A stretch of 64,000 nt of DNA from an uncultured virus (IMG/VR IMGVR_UViG_3300037840_000096) (taxonomy: Duplodnaviria; Heunggongvirae; Uroviricota; Caudoviricetes): IMG/VR virus record IMGVR_UViG_3300037840_000096. One strand, 5' to 3'. The translations under genes and the position numbers were made by a program. Shown here in pieces: positions 41,088-50,594 of this stretch; position 1 is the stretch's first letter; every line of letters begins with the position of its first letter. Below the pieces are notes generated by a model, which made no database searches, had not been told where the DNA came from, and saw only the letters and a list, made by a program, of their open reading frames with translations.

Positions 41088-41890
41088 GTTCCTCTCCCAT
41101 CGTACCAGGGCTGCTACTATAGTACGCGAGTGCTGGTTTTCTAGCTATTCCACCCACCTCTCTATACTTCTGTACAGGCCAAAGTCCCTATGGTCCTAGA
41201 CCTATATTTCTAGGAAATTTTTATTCACCTGATGTCGTTTCTAAGAAAACCTAGAAATACCAGATTTTTACAAATCTCATTCACTTGATGTCAGTCCAAA
41301 GTCCCTATGGTAAAGTGCCAGTAGATACCAAAAATTCTAAATTCTCATTCAGTTGGTGGCGGACCCCTCTCCCCCCGCTCAGCACCACTGGCCTACCAAC
41401 GCAACCGGGTGGGGACCCCACGGCTAGGTATATACCTGCTATACCCTCTGAAAGTGGCTATACATCACGCACGCGATCACGCAAGGACTCTGTACACTCT
41501 CTGTACAGCGTTTTCTAGCGTATACAGGCTAACAACCCCTGTTTTCACTGCTAAACAGCCTGTATGGTAGTTGTACAGCGATTGTGCAACTTCTGTACAC
41601 AACAGGTCAATACTACCCGATATGATGGGGTGAACAGCATTTTGTGCCAAATAGTTGTAACTCCAATAGGCACTTTGCTTTATGGTGTGGAGGATGTGGA
41701 TTACTATGTACAATACTCATGACCTACAACCATTTGGCATGAGGGATGCTATAGAGAGATTTCGCCACGGACGGCACGGGGGAAACGTTCTCCCGGACAC
41801 GCCAGGGAAAGGCAGAACCAGATAGATCAGGTGGGCCGGACAGGTGTACTCTCCGGCCGGATAGATCAGGTGGGCACACGGGAAGAGGAT
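41088..41890. promoter_or_regulatory. AT-rich divergence region between late (-) and early (+) blocks
   Basis: No convincing ORF; strand switch; repeated TGTACA; two motif copies. Confidence 0.55.
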
Positions 41891-42244
41891 GATGAGATGA
41901 AGATTCGCAACGTGAGCACTGGTAAGGGCAAATGGTACATCCGGAACAACCGCACTGGTGAAACGTTCGGATGGTACGCTACCAAGTCGCAAGCCTTGCT
42001 CGTGTGCGGCATCTGCCCGCACCTGTCCGTTCACCAGAGCTAACCCTCCCTACGCTCCCATACCGCTCTACCAAGAGCAACCTGTTCCGCACATATGGTT
42101 ACGATCCCATCGGGACACACCATCGCGGGAAGGGTCAAACGGTTCTGACACGTCACCCTAGCGGGACAGGACACATTGTGCCCGCCGTTAGGATCGTGAG
42201 ATACGCTCTTCCGCTGCTAACTGCACGGTGGGAGGGTACAGCAC

Positions 42245-42706
42245 TTGCAGTTTGGAGTTACTCTCATGACTACCCTGTCTACCATCGTCTCTCGCATCGA
42301 CACCATTCTGGCCGTTGCCACTGGTGAATCTAACGCCGCTGTCACCATCCGTCTTCCCTACACCATCACCAGTCCTGCCGGCAAAGCCACGGACGCAGTG
42401 TTGCGTTTCCGCCTGAACCATCCCGTCACCCTGGCTACCCTGGAAACCTATCTCTCCGGACTCAAGGTGCGGGTGAACGTCACCCGCCCGAAGGTCTCTG
42501 ACGGGATCATCTCCATCGGCATTCGGGACCAGATGACCGGCCCTGAACTTGTGTCTGTCATCGTCGCCATCCGCAAGCTGTGGGCGGATCTGTCCACCAT
42601 CACCGCCGACGTGGACGCCAGCAAGGCCGGCAAGGGCAAAGGCAAGGGGAAAGACAAGCCGGCCGCAGACACCACCTTGACCGCTGCTGCTAACGCCGCT
42701 GTCTGA
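42245..42706 (+). CDS. Hypothetical early protein
   Basis: Strongly biased codons; GGAG before MTTL; followed by a hairpin. Confidence 0.6.
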   Translation: MQFGVTLMTTLSTIVSRIDTILAVATGESNAAVTIRLPYTITSPAGKATDAVLRFRLNHPVTLATLETYLSGLKVRVNVTRPKVSDGIISIGIRDQMTGPELVSVIVAIRKLWADLSTITADVDASKAGKGKGKGKDKPAADTTLTAAANAAV

Positions 42707-42730
42707 TTCTGCTACGGTTCGCACTACTAA

Positions 42731-42762
42731 ACCCCACTGGTGTTATGCCAGTGGGGTCTTAT
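42731..42762 (+). terminator. Hairpin terminator
   Basis: ACCCCACTGG-TGTTATG-CCAGTGGGGT then CTTAT. Confidence 0.55.
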
Positions 42763-42806
42763 GGTCTGTACCGTGGTTCCCTCCCTTCCTCTGGAGCATA
42801 GTCCCT

Positions 42807-43634
42807 ATGGAACGCTCCCTTCCTTCCCGTCGCGTAAAGGCACGTTGCGGCCGTCGCGAGGTTGGTCTTAAATCCTGCTTCTTCTTCGTCCGTCGGCGTG
42901 TTGGTAGTTCCGTTGGGGACTACTCCCGGGACCGCCGGGATGATCTGGCTAAACTTCGTGCTATGGGATACACTCCCTTGCACGTTGACACCGTTTCCCT
43001 TGACCGCGTTTGCTCAGATGAGCAACGAATGCACGACTGGATAGCAGACGTTTACCGTCTACCCATCCCGGCTGGCCGCACCCTTCAAGACGTTGAGAAA
43101 GACTTCTCCCGTTGTCGGCATTTGCCTGGCATTTGCTGGGATGTGTCTCGGATGCAAGAAACCAACCGCGAAGACGGTAGCGTTCGCGTTACTGCGTTCG
43201 GAAGCGGAAGTGAAGAAGACTTGGCCAAGGCACGCAAACGCCAGGTTTCAGCCCACAAGAGCAAGGTGCGTTCCTGGGACAAGGATCATCCCCGCTCACC
43301 AGACGCGTGTCCCTCTGATTGGCTGTGGTCTGGTCGGGAATGGGGCCGGTTGTCCGATTCTCTTCCCGGCTTGGCCCGGACGTGGCGGATCGTAAACGAC
43401 ATGGTGACCGGCAGTGAATCCGGTCCTGAAGATGTGTACTCCTTCTGGCTAGATCGCCAGGGTGAGCTGTTCCGCCAGTGTTCCGCCCGTCTGGGATATG
43501 AGGAAGCAACCACCTACAACGTGCCTGATAGTGGCAGCAAATCACTTCCTACCGTCTGGGATGAATTCTCTGTCCTGACTGTATGGTTCGGAAGCGAATA
43601 CCCCGTTTCCACTGGCCCTATCTGGCGAATCTGA
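42807..43634 (+). CDS. Hypothetical protein
   Basis: GGAG RBS; ATG lies within a near-motif copy. Confidence 0.55.
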   Translation: MERSLPSRRVKARCGRREVGLKSCFFFVRRRVGSSVGDYSRDRRDDLAKLRAMGYTPLHVDTVSLDRVCSDEQRMHDWIADVYRLPIPAGRTLQDVEKDFSRCRHLPGICWDVSRMQETNREDGSVRVTAFGSGSEEDLAKARKRQVSAHKSKVRSWDKDHPRSPDACPSDWLWSGREWGRLSDSLPGLARTWRIVNDMVTGSESGPEDVYSFWLDRQGELFRQCSARLGYEEATTYNVPDSGSKSLPTVWDEFSVLTVWFGSEYPVSTGPIWRI

Positions 43635-44922
43635 CCTATCCCGTTCCCTGCCCTTCACCACACTAGCGTTGTTGCTAGTGTGGTTGTGTTGTAACCACCC
43701 GAAAGTCCGGGTGGTTATTCGCGTTTCCCCTCTGGAGGATTCTCTCATGACGAAGCACCAGCTAGCCAGCATGCTGTTCAGCGTATCCCCATCCTCTCCG
43801 GTCACAGTCAAGGGAGTGACGGGGTATCTTCGCAGTGTCTCCCGCGAGGATGGGTCTGGTTCGTCCTTCATAGTGTCTCTCTTCACCCAGGACGGCAAAT
43901 CTGTATCCGTCCATGTTCGGACAGTGGACTAACCCCGCACTATCGCCCATGTACCCCTCTGGAGCAAAGCCCCTATGTGCCTGTTCTTGGCTGATGTGTC
44001 TGTTCTGATTCTGGTGACCATCCTGGCAGCGGGGGCAATTGCCGTCGCTTGCGATGTGTTCCATCTCAGTACCGAATGGCGATAGCTATGTGTGAGTGCA
44101 TCTGCCTGTTCTTCGTCGTGGATCTTGTGATTCTGCTGGTGGTCGCCTATCTTCGGAGGTGAATCCTCATGTCCTGGCATCGAGATTCCAACTGCTACTC
44201 CGTGTTCTGGGTGGACAGTACGGGTGGGTTTTCGTGCTGGCCTACGGGCATGCACGAAAACCAGCGTACCCCTATCTGGAGTCTGTTCAGCGGAGGAGAT
44301 TACATCTGCTCCGGGCCTCTCAGTACCTGTTTTCAAGAAGCGGAATCCATTCTAAATGGGTTGGACGGCATGGAAACATCCCTGCCCGGACTTACTCTGG
44401 CTGGCTGAGTGCCTGACCATAGGGACTTTGCTCTGTCCTGGAATCCAAATCCAGGAGCAAAGTCCCTATGGTGAATTGCCCTAACCTGAATCCAAATCAG
44501 GACTTAGGGAAATAGTCAAGATTCTGCACCCCAGAGCGTATATCTCTGTAGGGTGAATCTGCAAGGGAAAACCGTGTGGAGTTCCCTTGGTAAGTGTAAG
44601 ATCCACACAAAGCGAAAACTGGAGGCAAGATGATACTTGATTTTCATCGTGTTTGTACCGGGCCGGGGTGAGCCCGGAAACGGAAAGTTTGGCCAGATAG
44701 CAGATACCCCAACCCCTTACCCCCATGCAACGGGTTGGCCTTTTCTCCTATCACCGGCGAATTCTTTCCCGTACCTTGCCAATCAGGTAGGATTGGCAAA
44801 CCGGATTCTGCGTGCGAACTCTCGCGATGCTACCTTTCTCTCTACTGATTGTCCGGCCGGCAATCCCCAGAGAAACAGGACCAGCACCCGAAAGAGAACA
44901 ACGGAAAGCAGAATCCACTTCT

Positions 44923-44977
44923 GGGCCGGACTTCCGGTGAAGTCAGCATGCTAGGGGTTCGACTCCCCTCCGGTCCA
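44923..44977 (+). ncRNA. Short tRNA-like structure (Ala-type acceptor stem plus T-arm, no anticodon arm)
   Basis: GGGCCGG/CCGGTCC-A stem with G3:U70; AGGGG-TTCGACT-CCCCT T-arm. Confidence 0.6.
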
Positions 44978-45171
44978 TTTACCCGACCAAAGTCCCTATC
45001 GCCCTGGGAGATTAGCTGTGCTTCCCCGCATCGTCGCCGTGTACGTTCTGCTCCTGCTCTCCCTGCTGGGATGTGCATGTTTTATCATGACATGGCATCC
45101 CCTGGCAGGAGCAGGGTGTCTGATCTGTTCCGCACTCGCTCTGTTCCTCTCAGAGGAAAGGAGGTGAATCC

Positions 45172-45762
45172 GTGGCCAGTTGGCAAGAAGACTGGCAGAA
45201 AATGGCTGAGTTCCTACCCCTAACAGGGCTGCGAGCACTTCGGGACATGCTTTCGGGGAATGATCCCAGGGTGTCCCAGGGGGTTTTTACTGTGCCCCTG
45301 GACGTACCAGGAGGCTATTACGAGCCCCTCCGGGTGGGGAATCCCATAGCGTGGTGCTACGCCCTGGAAAGGTCCGGAGAGCCCCTTCTGACAGAAAGAA
45401 TCTGGAGGTCCCGGAGGAGTCTCGAACGCTGGCTCCGGGATAAGCATGGAAGTATTTCAGCCCTCCTGGATTTCAATGCCTGGTGGAATCAGCATCCCGA
45501 CGTGGGACGGGCCAGAGCAGAATTACTCCCCCAGGTGGACCTGAGTGTAAAACTCAAAACCCTGGCAATGAGGATACCGGGTCTGTCCCGAGAGGAGATA
45601 GAGACTTTGCTCACCCTGGGAACTGGATCTGGAATCCTGGAGGAATTCTTTGTCTCTGGTAGCGAGAAAGACTTGCTGATCTTCCTGGATTGGCTTTCAG
45701 ACCAGCCAAATCCAGATGACCATTTGATCCTGAAATGTCGCCTCATGTTGGAGGAATCATGA
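45172..45762 (+). CDS. Hypothetical protein (resembles a Gemmataceae-type family)
   Basis: GLRALRDML..NDPRV.QG..T.P; AAGGAGG RBS. Confidence 0.6.
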   Translation: MASWQEDWQKMAEFLPLTGLRALRDMLSGNDPRVSQGVFTVPLDVPGGYYEPLRVGNPIAWCYALERSGEPLLTERIWRSRRSLERWLRDKHGSISALLDFNAWWNQHPDVGRARAELLPQVDLSVKLKTLAMRIPGLSREEIETLLTLGTGSGILEEFFVSGSEKDLLIFLDWLSDQPNPDDHLILKCRLMLEES

Positions 45763-46640
45763 CCAAATTCTATCTGATAGAGGGCTCCGTTACTGAGAGA
45801 CAACTGGACGATGGAGAGGTTTTGAAATCCTGGGAATGTACCAGGCAGGTTCCCAGGTTCTACATCTCTGTCAACCAGTACGGGATCGTGAGCGAGAATC
45901 ACGCTGTCCAGATCGCTCTGGGAATTCTCTGTCTGGTTCCCAGAAAGGACAACGATCCCGACTGGAATCTGAGGGCAACCCTGGTGGAGATATCATGACG
46001 AAGTTCGACAGATTTGATATCGTGTCTGCCCACTACTGTTTCTGTGCCCTGCACTATGCTGGCCAGTGGTGTCCGCTGTACCGGCGTTTGTGCAAGATCA
46101 TCATCAGCAAAATCGGCTTCCGCCCTGGGATGTTCGCCGCTGATCCAGATTCCCTGACAGAGAATGCCAGGGAAATCTATGACCAACTTGCTACCCAATA
46201 CGAGTCTCGCCCTGCACGATAGTGACTTTGGTTTAGTGTAAGCCCATACACTACTGTAACTCTGCCCATTGTATACTGAGAAACCCGTCTAGCGGGCTCA
46301 CCAAGGCCCGCTAATCCTGAAAGTGACCCCTGACCCGTCTTATGCCCTCAGAGTGTCTCTGAGGGGCTGGCAGGGGCCTTCCCATGGCGATTAGGAGAAC
46401 AACCGTGTGCAAGATCATCAACAGGGAGAGTGTGTTAACGTTCCTGGCCCCGATGCGGGGGCGGATCGGGGCAGAGGGGGTGGCCCTCAACCTGTACGGG
46501 AGTACACCGCTCCCGAAACAGGTACAAAAGGCCAAAAACATCCTGAACCAGTTGGTTCGGGACGGAGAGGTGAAGTGTGAGGACACCCCTACGGAGGTGG
46601 TGTACAGCAAAGGGTAAAATACCCAGGATCGCTCCGGTGA

Positions 46641-47156
46641 GTGCAGTGGGCAGGTACATCCCATCCAGCAGAGAGGTCCGACTCCTCTCCGGTCCATTTG
46701 CCCAAAGTCCCTATGGAAAGCAACAGCATGAAGAGTGAACAAGAACCCCAGAGTCTCCTGGAGAAGGCTCCTGCCCCACCAGAGGGCAGTCCATTCAGGC
46801 TCCAGAAACTGGAGTACATCTCCGTACCCCATCCTTACTGTCTCACCCCAAAGCATGTGGAGGTGGCAGCAGACCACCACGGAGGCATTCTGGATCATGA
46901 TGCGATCCTGGACGTGGAGAGGAGGGGGGCCAGGTGTGGGATCGGCAGGCATGGCAGTCCTATCGGGGGAGAATCCCCCTGCAACCTGCCTTACGACCAA
47001 CACGAACACCTACTCACCCTGTTCGTGGAGATGGACGATAACACCCACATCTCCACCACACCCGGCCTGCACCCGTACCTCCTGGCTCTGAAACAGTGGA
47101 GTCAGGAAGAGAAAGCGGAAGTGGAGGGATTCTGCTTCCCGCAGAAGGGTGAGTGA
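46641..47156 (+). CDS. Hypothetical protein
   Basis: VPHPYC.TPKHV; true start downstream of the track start. Confidence 0.5.
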   Translation: MQWAGTSHPAERSDSSPVHLPKVPMESNSMKSEQEPQSLLEKAPAPPEGSPFRLQKLEYISVPHPYCLTPKHVEVAADHHGGILDHDAILDVERRGARCGIGRHGSPIGGESPCNLPYDQHEHLLTLFVEMDDNTHISTTPGLHPYLLALKQWSQEEKAEVEGFCFPQKGE

Positions 47157-47407
47157 GAAAGCAAAGTCCCTATGGTCAGAGGTGCTAAAGTGAGCCATTA
47201 CGACAGGTCAGAAACCATCCCAGCGCCAAAAGTCCCGAAGATCCCTGGGATGTGTGATTGGTGCGGAAGAAGGAAAGCCCTCATCCGCGTGAAAAGCGTG
47301 GATTTTCAGATGTGCAAGCAGGGCTGGAAGTGGGACCTTTGTGGTCCCTGTCTGGCCAGACAGACGGAGGCGGTGGAGAGAACCGAGTTGTTCCTGGGAG
47401 TGGAAAC

Positions 47408-47989
47408 ATGACAGAATTCGAAAAGTGGCTCCTGGGAAACTCACCAGTCCTAACCCGTCTTGATCTCCTCCAGCAGTGGAGGGCCAGGCAAAGGGCTATC
47501 TCGGAGTTCTCGTTCGCCATCCTGAACGAGAAAACCGTAAAGACCCTCCTGCCTTATGGCCCGTTCCTGGAGGTAGGGGCAGGAACGGGGTATTGGGCCT
47601 GGGAACTGTCCCAGGCAGGAGCAGACATCATAGCGGTGGACCCTCACCCCTATAAGGGCATTGCCTACAAAGCCTCCAGGACGTGGGGTATTGTCCTTCC
47701 CATGACCGCAGAGGAAGCCATCTGGAGATACATCTCCTTCCTGGAGCCTCGCACACTTCTTATGGTGTGGCCATCCTACAACGAGGATTGGCCCGCTCAG
47801 ACCCTGGAGAAGTTCCAGGAGGCAGGGGGGCAGAGGCTCATCTACGTCGGGGAGGGATCTGGAGGATGCACGGCAAACGACAGGTTCCATTCGCTCCTGG
47901 AGGAGAGCTGGGAATCTGTGGATTCTTTATCTATCCCACAGTGGCAGGGGCTCCACGACTACATAGAGGTATTCAGGAGAAAAACATGA
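47408..47989 (+). CDS. Class I SAM-dependent methyltransferase-like protein
   Basis: LEVGAGTGYWA, IIAVD, LMVWP, YVGEG.GGCTA. Confidence 0.7.
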   Translation: MTEFEKWLLGNSPVLTRLDLLQQWRARQRAISEFSFAILNEKTVKTLLPYGPFLEVGAGTGYWAWELSQAGADIIAVDPHPYKGIAYKASRTWGIVLPMTAEEAIWRYISFLEPRTLLMVWPSYNEDWPAQTLEKFQEAGGQRLIYVGEGSGGCTANDRFHSLLEESWESVDSLSIPQWQGLHDYIEVFRRKT

Positions 47990-48354
47990 CCACCCTGGAA
48001 AGCATCTGGGAAGAAATGGCGGAGAATCCTGATGATTTCCTGCTCCACCTCGTCCTGGCAGATTGGATAGAGGAGTTCGGAGATGAGTCTGAACAGCACA
48101 AAGCTGCCTGCTTGCGGTGGACAAGCAGGAAGAGGAAAAGACCCTGGATGAACGCCATACACTGGTATCCAGAGTCCTATGAGAAGCACTGGCCACACGA
48201 TCTTGAGTCCAACCTACCCGATAAGATGTTCAGCCTGCTCCCAAACATAGGGGGATCTGTGAACAAGATAGACCAAAGAGTTGCCGAGTTCGCCACCTAC
48301 CGGGAGGCGATGGAGGCATTGTTTCTGGTATGGAAAAGGTGCCCGCAGGAGTAG
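47986..48354 (+). CDS. TIGR02996-like domain protein, copy 1
   Basis: ENPDDFLLHLVLADWIEEFGD. Confidence 0.65.
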   Translation: MTTLESIWEEMAENPDDFLLHLVLADWIEEFGDESEQHKAACLRWTSRKRKRPWMNAIHWYPESYEKHWPHDLESNLPDKMFSLLPNIGGSVNKIDQRVAEFATYREAMEALFLVWKRCPQE

Positions 48355-48361
48355 CAAAAGA

Positions 48362-48760
48362 ATGGCCACTTATCAAGAAACCCAGAAAAAGCTCTGGGAA
48401 GAGATGAAGGAGAATCCTGATGATTTCCTGCTCCATCTAGTGATGGCTGATCTTATCTCCGACTTCGGAGATGAGTCTGAGCAGTACAAGGCTGCCTGCT
48501 TGCGGTGGACTGCCAAAGAGAAAAAAAGGCCATATCCACCAGAAGATGATCCAGAGGATGACCCCTACAGGCAGTGGTACAAAATAGACCGGGATAGATC
48601 GTCCGGTTTTGACCTCGAATCGGATCTGCCAAACGCTCTGGTAGATCAGATGATAAAGAATGGATGCCTTCTGAAATCTGGCGATCATGTAGACTTCCCC
48701 GGCTATCAGGAGGCGATGGAGGCATTGTTTCTGGTGTGGAAAAGGTGCCCGCAGGAGTAG
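48362..48760 (+). CDS. TIGR02996-like domain protein, copy 2
   Basis: ENPDDFLLHLVMADLISDFGD; C-terminus nearly identical to copy 1. Confidence 0.65.
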   Translation: MATYQETQKKLWEEMKENPDDFLLHLVMADLISDFGDESEQYKAACLRWTAKEKKRPYPPEDDPEDDPYRQWYKIDRDRSSGFDLESDLPNALVDQMIKNGCLLKSGDHVDFPGYQEAMEALFLVWKRCPQE

Positions 48761-48765
48761 AGACT

Positions 48766-49581
48766 GTGGCAAAACCAGAACTGATTACAGGATTCGTGTG
48801 GATGAACACGGACCCACAAAACCGTCAACATGGCCAGGTGAATCTGGACTGCATTCAGATTCCCACGTTCCAAAGAAACGCCTGCAAGGGACACAAGATC
48901 AAAGGAACGTTCCAGGAAAGGATATGCCTGCCTTTGGTCCTGTCCTATAGGGGCGGGATCATCTGGATCGTGGACGGCAGGCAAAGACTGGAGGCCCTGC
49001 GGACCAGAAAGATCGACCGCTGGCGTGGGATCTTGTTCACAGGACTGGAGAAAAAAGAGGAAGCGGAGTTATTCTTCCTGTTGAATGACGTGCCCATGCG
49101 AATGTCGGCCTGGGAGAGGTTCAGAGCAGGGTTGGAGGCAGAAATGCCAATGCAGGTCACCTGCAAGCAGGAGATGGATTGCCGGAATCTCACCTGGCCA
49201 GGTGATAGGGGGACAGGCCCCAGAAACTCCGATGTAACCAGTTGCAGTGCGTTGCAACTGGCTTACGACGGTGGGGTGATTGTGCTGAAGAGATTCCTCT
49301 CTGTGCTGAATGAGGCGTGGAGGGAGGGTCCTGGCCAGCCCGTGGAGAAACTAGCGAAGGAGGTGGAATTACAGAGAGCACTCGTGGAGGTGATAAAGGA
49401 AAGACCAGAGGTGACCACGGAACGGTGGGTGAGTCTGTTCCGAGTGCATCGCCCTGCTACTATTCTGGCTTCTGCCAAGGATCAACCGAAGTCGGCCAGA
49501 GTCAGTAAGAAGCAGATGAGGAGTGTGATGGAAACCCTGGTGGATGGGATTCCCGTAGTGGACCGGATGAAGAGGAAGTGA
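48766..49581 (+). CDS. ParB/Srx-fold protein
   Basis: FQR...IVDGRQRLEAL...EEAELF..LN. Confidence 0.7.
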   Translation: MAKPELITGFVWMNTDPQNRQHGQVNLDCIQIPTFQRNACKGHKIKGTFQERICLPLVLSYRGGIIWIVDGRQRLEALRTRKIDRWRGILFTGLEKKEEAELFFLLNDVPMRMSAWERFRAGLEAEMPMQVTCKQEMDCRNLTWPGDRGTGPRNSDVTSCSALQLAYDGGVIVLKRFLSVLNEAWREGPGQPVEKLAKEVELQRALVEVIKERPEVTTERWVSLFRVHRPATILASAKDQPKSARVSKKQMRSVMETLVDGIPVVDRMKRK

Positions 49582-49707
49582 TAAAAAGAGAGGGCCGGGA
49601 GGATTGCAGCTTCCCGGCCCTCCGCACCGCAGGGACCTTGAGATGTCAGAGTAGCACATCTCCCCTGGTGTGGCAAGGCCAGGTTCATCTGCAATAGAGA
49701 CTTTGCC

Positions 49708-50199
49708 ATGAGCAAGAACAGACCGTCTCTCAAGATCGTTCATCCTGGGATAAACGACACCCCGTCTGAAAAGGAACTGAAGGAAGCCACAAGCTGGGAG
49801 AGGATGTTCCCAAAGATCCAGTTTACAATGTGCCCGCTGGTCTTCCTCCAGTTCCCCGTCCCGACCTACAAACTCAACAACCGCACGGTGGGAAGACACA
49901 CCCTCACCCCTCACGAGGTTCTTCTTCTCTCCTACCTGATCGACAGGCACCGCTACCTCGCTGGGGACTTCAGGTGGTGGAAGAAAGATGGCTACTACTT
50001 CCACACCCGAAAAGACCTGAAACTCTACTGCAAGATCAGCCCCTTCCTGCAAAAGCGCTACTTCCGATCCCTCAAAGAGATTGGCGTCATCAACATCGAC
50101 ATCCGCATAGAGGGGATAACAAAAAGCCGCTGGGTCAAGATCAACGTGGATGAGATCAACAGACTGGCAGAGAAGCACAAGCTGAGAGATCCAGAGTAG
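49708..50199 (+). CDS. Winged-helix, replication-initiator-like protein
   Basis: KDGYYFHT..DL......SP..Q......LKE.G.I pattern. Confidence 0.55.
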   Translation: MSKNRPSLKIVHPGINDTPSEKELKEATSWERMFPKIQFTMCPLVFLQFPVPTYKLNNRTVGRHTLTPHEVLLLSYLIDRHRYLAGDFRWWKKDGYYFHTRKDLKLYCKISPFLQKRYFRSLKEIGVINIDIRIEGITKSRWVKINVDEINRLAEKHKLRDPE

Positions 50200-50263
50200 A
50201 GGGGTGCTACAGCAGCCTTCCGAGGGGTGCTACAGCAGCCTTCCGAGGGGTGCTACAGCAGCC
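50199..50263 (+). repeat. 23-bp tandem repeat (about 2.8 copies), iteron-like
   Basis: GAGGGGTGCTACAGCAGCCTTCC at 50199, 50222 and partially at 50245. Confidence 0.9.
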
Positions 50264-50594
50264 ATAATATACATACTACAGTGAACCAGAGGAGAATAAG
50301 CATACCACGCCGGCCAGCGGCTCGCTGTCGCTCGCCCTGCCGGCAAGGTGTCTCCTGGTTGGTTCTGGTAGAAACATGGGAAGCAGATGAGAAAGCAGAA
50401 GATCCAATTCCCAGGTCGCTCTTGCCAGCACCTGCACCAATCCAAACTAGGAGAAAGGGATCATACTATTCCCCCAGGCTCGCCCGTCAGGGCCGGCACC
50501 CTCGCCAATGAAATCCAGGAAAGGGGAGCACGACCGCCTGGAGTAAAAAGGTCTTAAATGTAGGAATCCAAAGTCTCTATGGAGAAGCAAGCAC

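Noticed and set aside
44660..44977. Full tmRNA gene
   Set aside because: No GGATTCGAC-like 5' segment and no recognisable tag reading frame; kept only as an alternative to test
50197..50199. Genome-wide TAG recoding
   Set aside because: Long core genes are intact under code 11, and TAG ends several genes at clean junctions
50199..50263. 23-bp repeats as a mini-CRISPR
   Set aside because: Units are directly contiguous with no spacers
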